32,000 bases of DNA from Psychrobacter sp. HD31. Its GTDB lineage: Bacteria > Pseudomonadota > Gammaproteobacteria > Pseudomonadales > Moraxellaceae. The notes under the pieces were generated by a model. The model was given only the letters and a program-made list of their open reading frames with translations, was not told the origin of the DNA and did no database searches. The stretch is taken from NCBI RefSeq assembly GCF_051097895.1, contig NZ_CP142525.1, positions 1,260,001-1,292,000 of the forward strand, written 5' to 3'. Each line of letters opens with the position of its first letter. Position 1 is the first letter of the stretch. Positions 30,581 through 32,000 of this stretch are shown here, one piece after another. A program made the translations under genes and the position numbers.

Positions 30581-30611
30581 CTATTTGTATCAAAATTAAA
30601 ACAAAAAATTG

Positions 30612-31988
<1,377 letters not shown>

Positions 31989-32000
31989 TTAATTGGCACT

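Overview
This window is AT-rich gammaproteobacterial chromosome. The EF-Tu, RpoB and NusG sequences look Moraxellaceae/Pseudomonadales-like from memory; this was not verified. It is almost entirely conserved core genome.

Left to right:
- The 3' part of panD, then two cation antiporters (CaCA family, and CPA1 with an RCK-like tail).
- A large minus-strand block: rpsL-rpsG-fusA-tuf-tRNA(Trp)-secE-nusG-rplK-rplA-rplJ-rplL-rpoB-rpoC.
- A DUF1294 membrane protein.
- A colinear znuA-znuC-znuB-like zinc ABC importer with a Zur-box-like palindrome upstream.
- An orphan EcsC-like protein, then fabB, pabB, a TauE/SafE permease and purA.

I found no transposase, integrase, CRISPR array, phage gene, toxin-antitoxin pair or recognisable defence gene. 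I do not think the window holds a convincing new multi-gene system.

The observations most worth a second look are modest:
1. The str operon and the secE-nusG-rplKAJL-rpoBC cluster are joined through a single tuf gene, a circular permutation of the more familiar order.
2. Spacers inside that cluster are unusually long and hairpin-punctuated. They include a terminator-like hairpin between fusA and tuf and a perfect 12-bp stem after rpsG.
3. The ZnuA-like binding protein reads SPRTYEP where the family normally carries its first metal-ligand His.
4. At the fabB/pabB junction a perfect extended -10 promoter overlaps the fabB terminator.
5. There are several small palindromes and a 20-bp tandem duplication.

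The rpoB rifampicin-resistance region and rpsL K43/K88 read as wild type.
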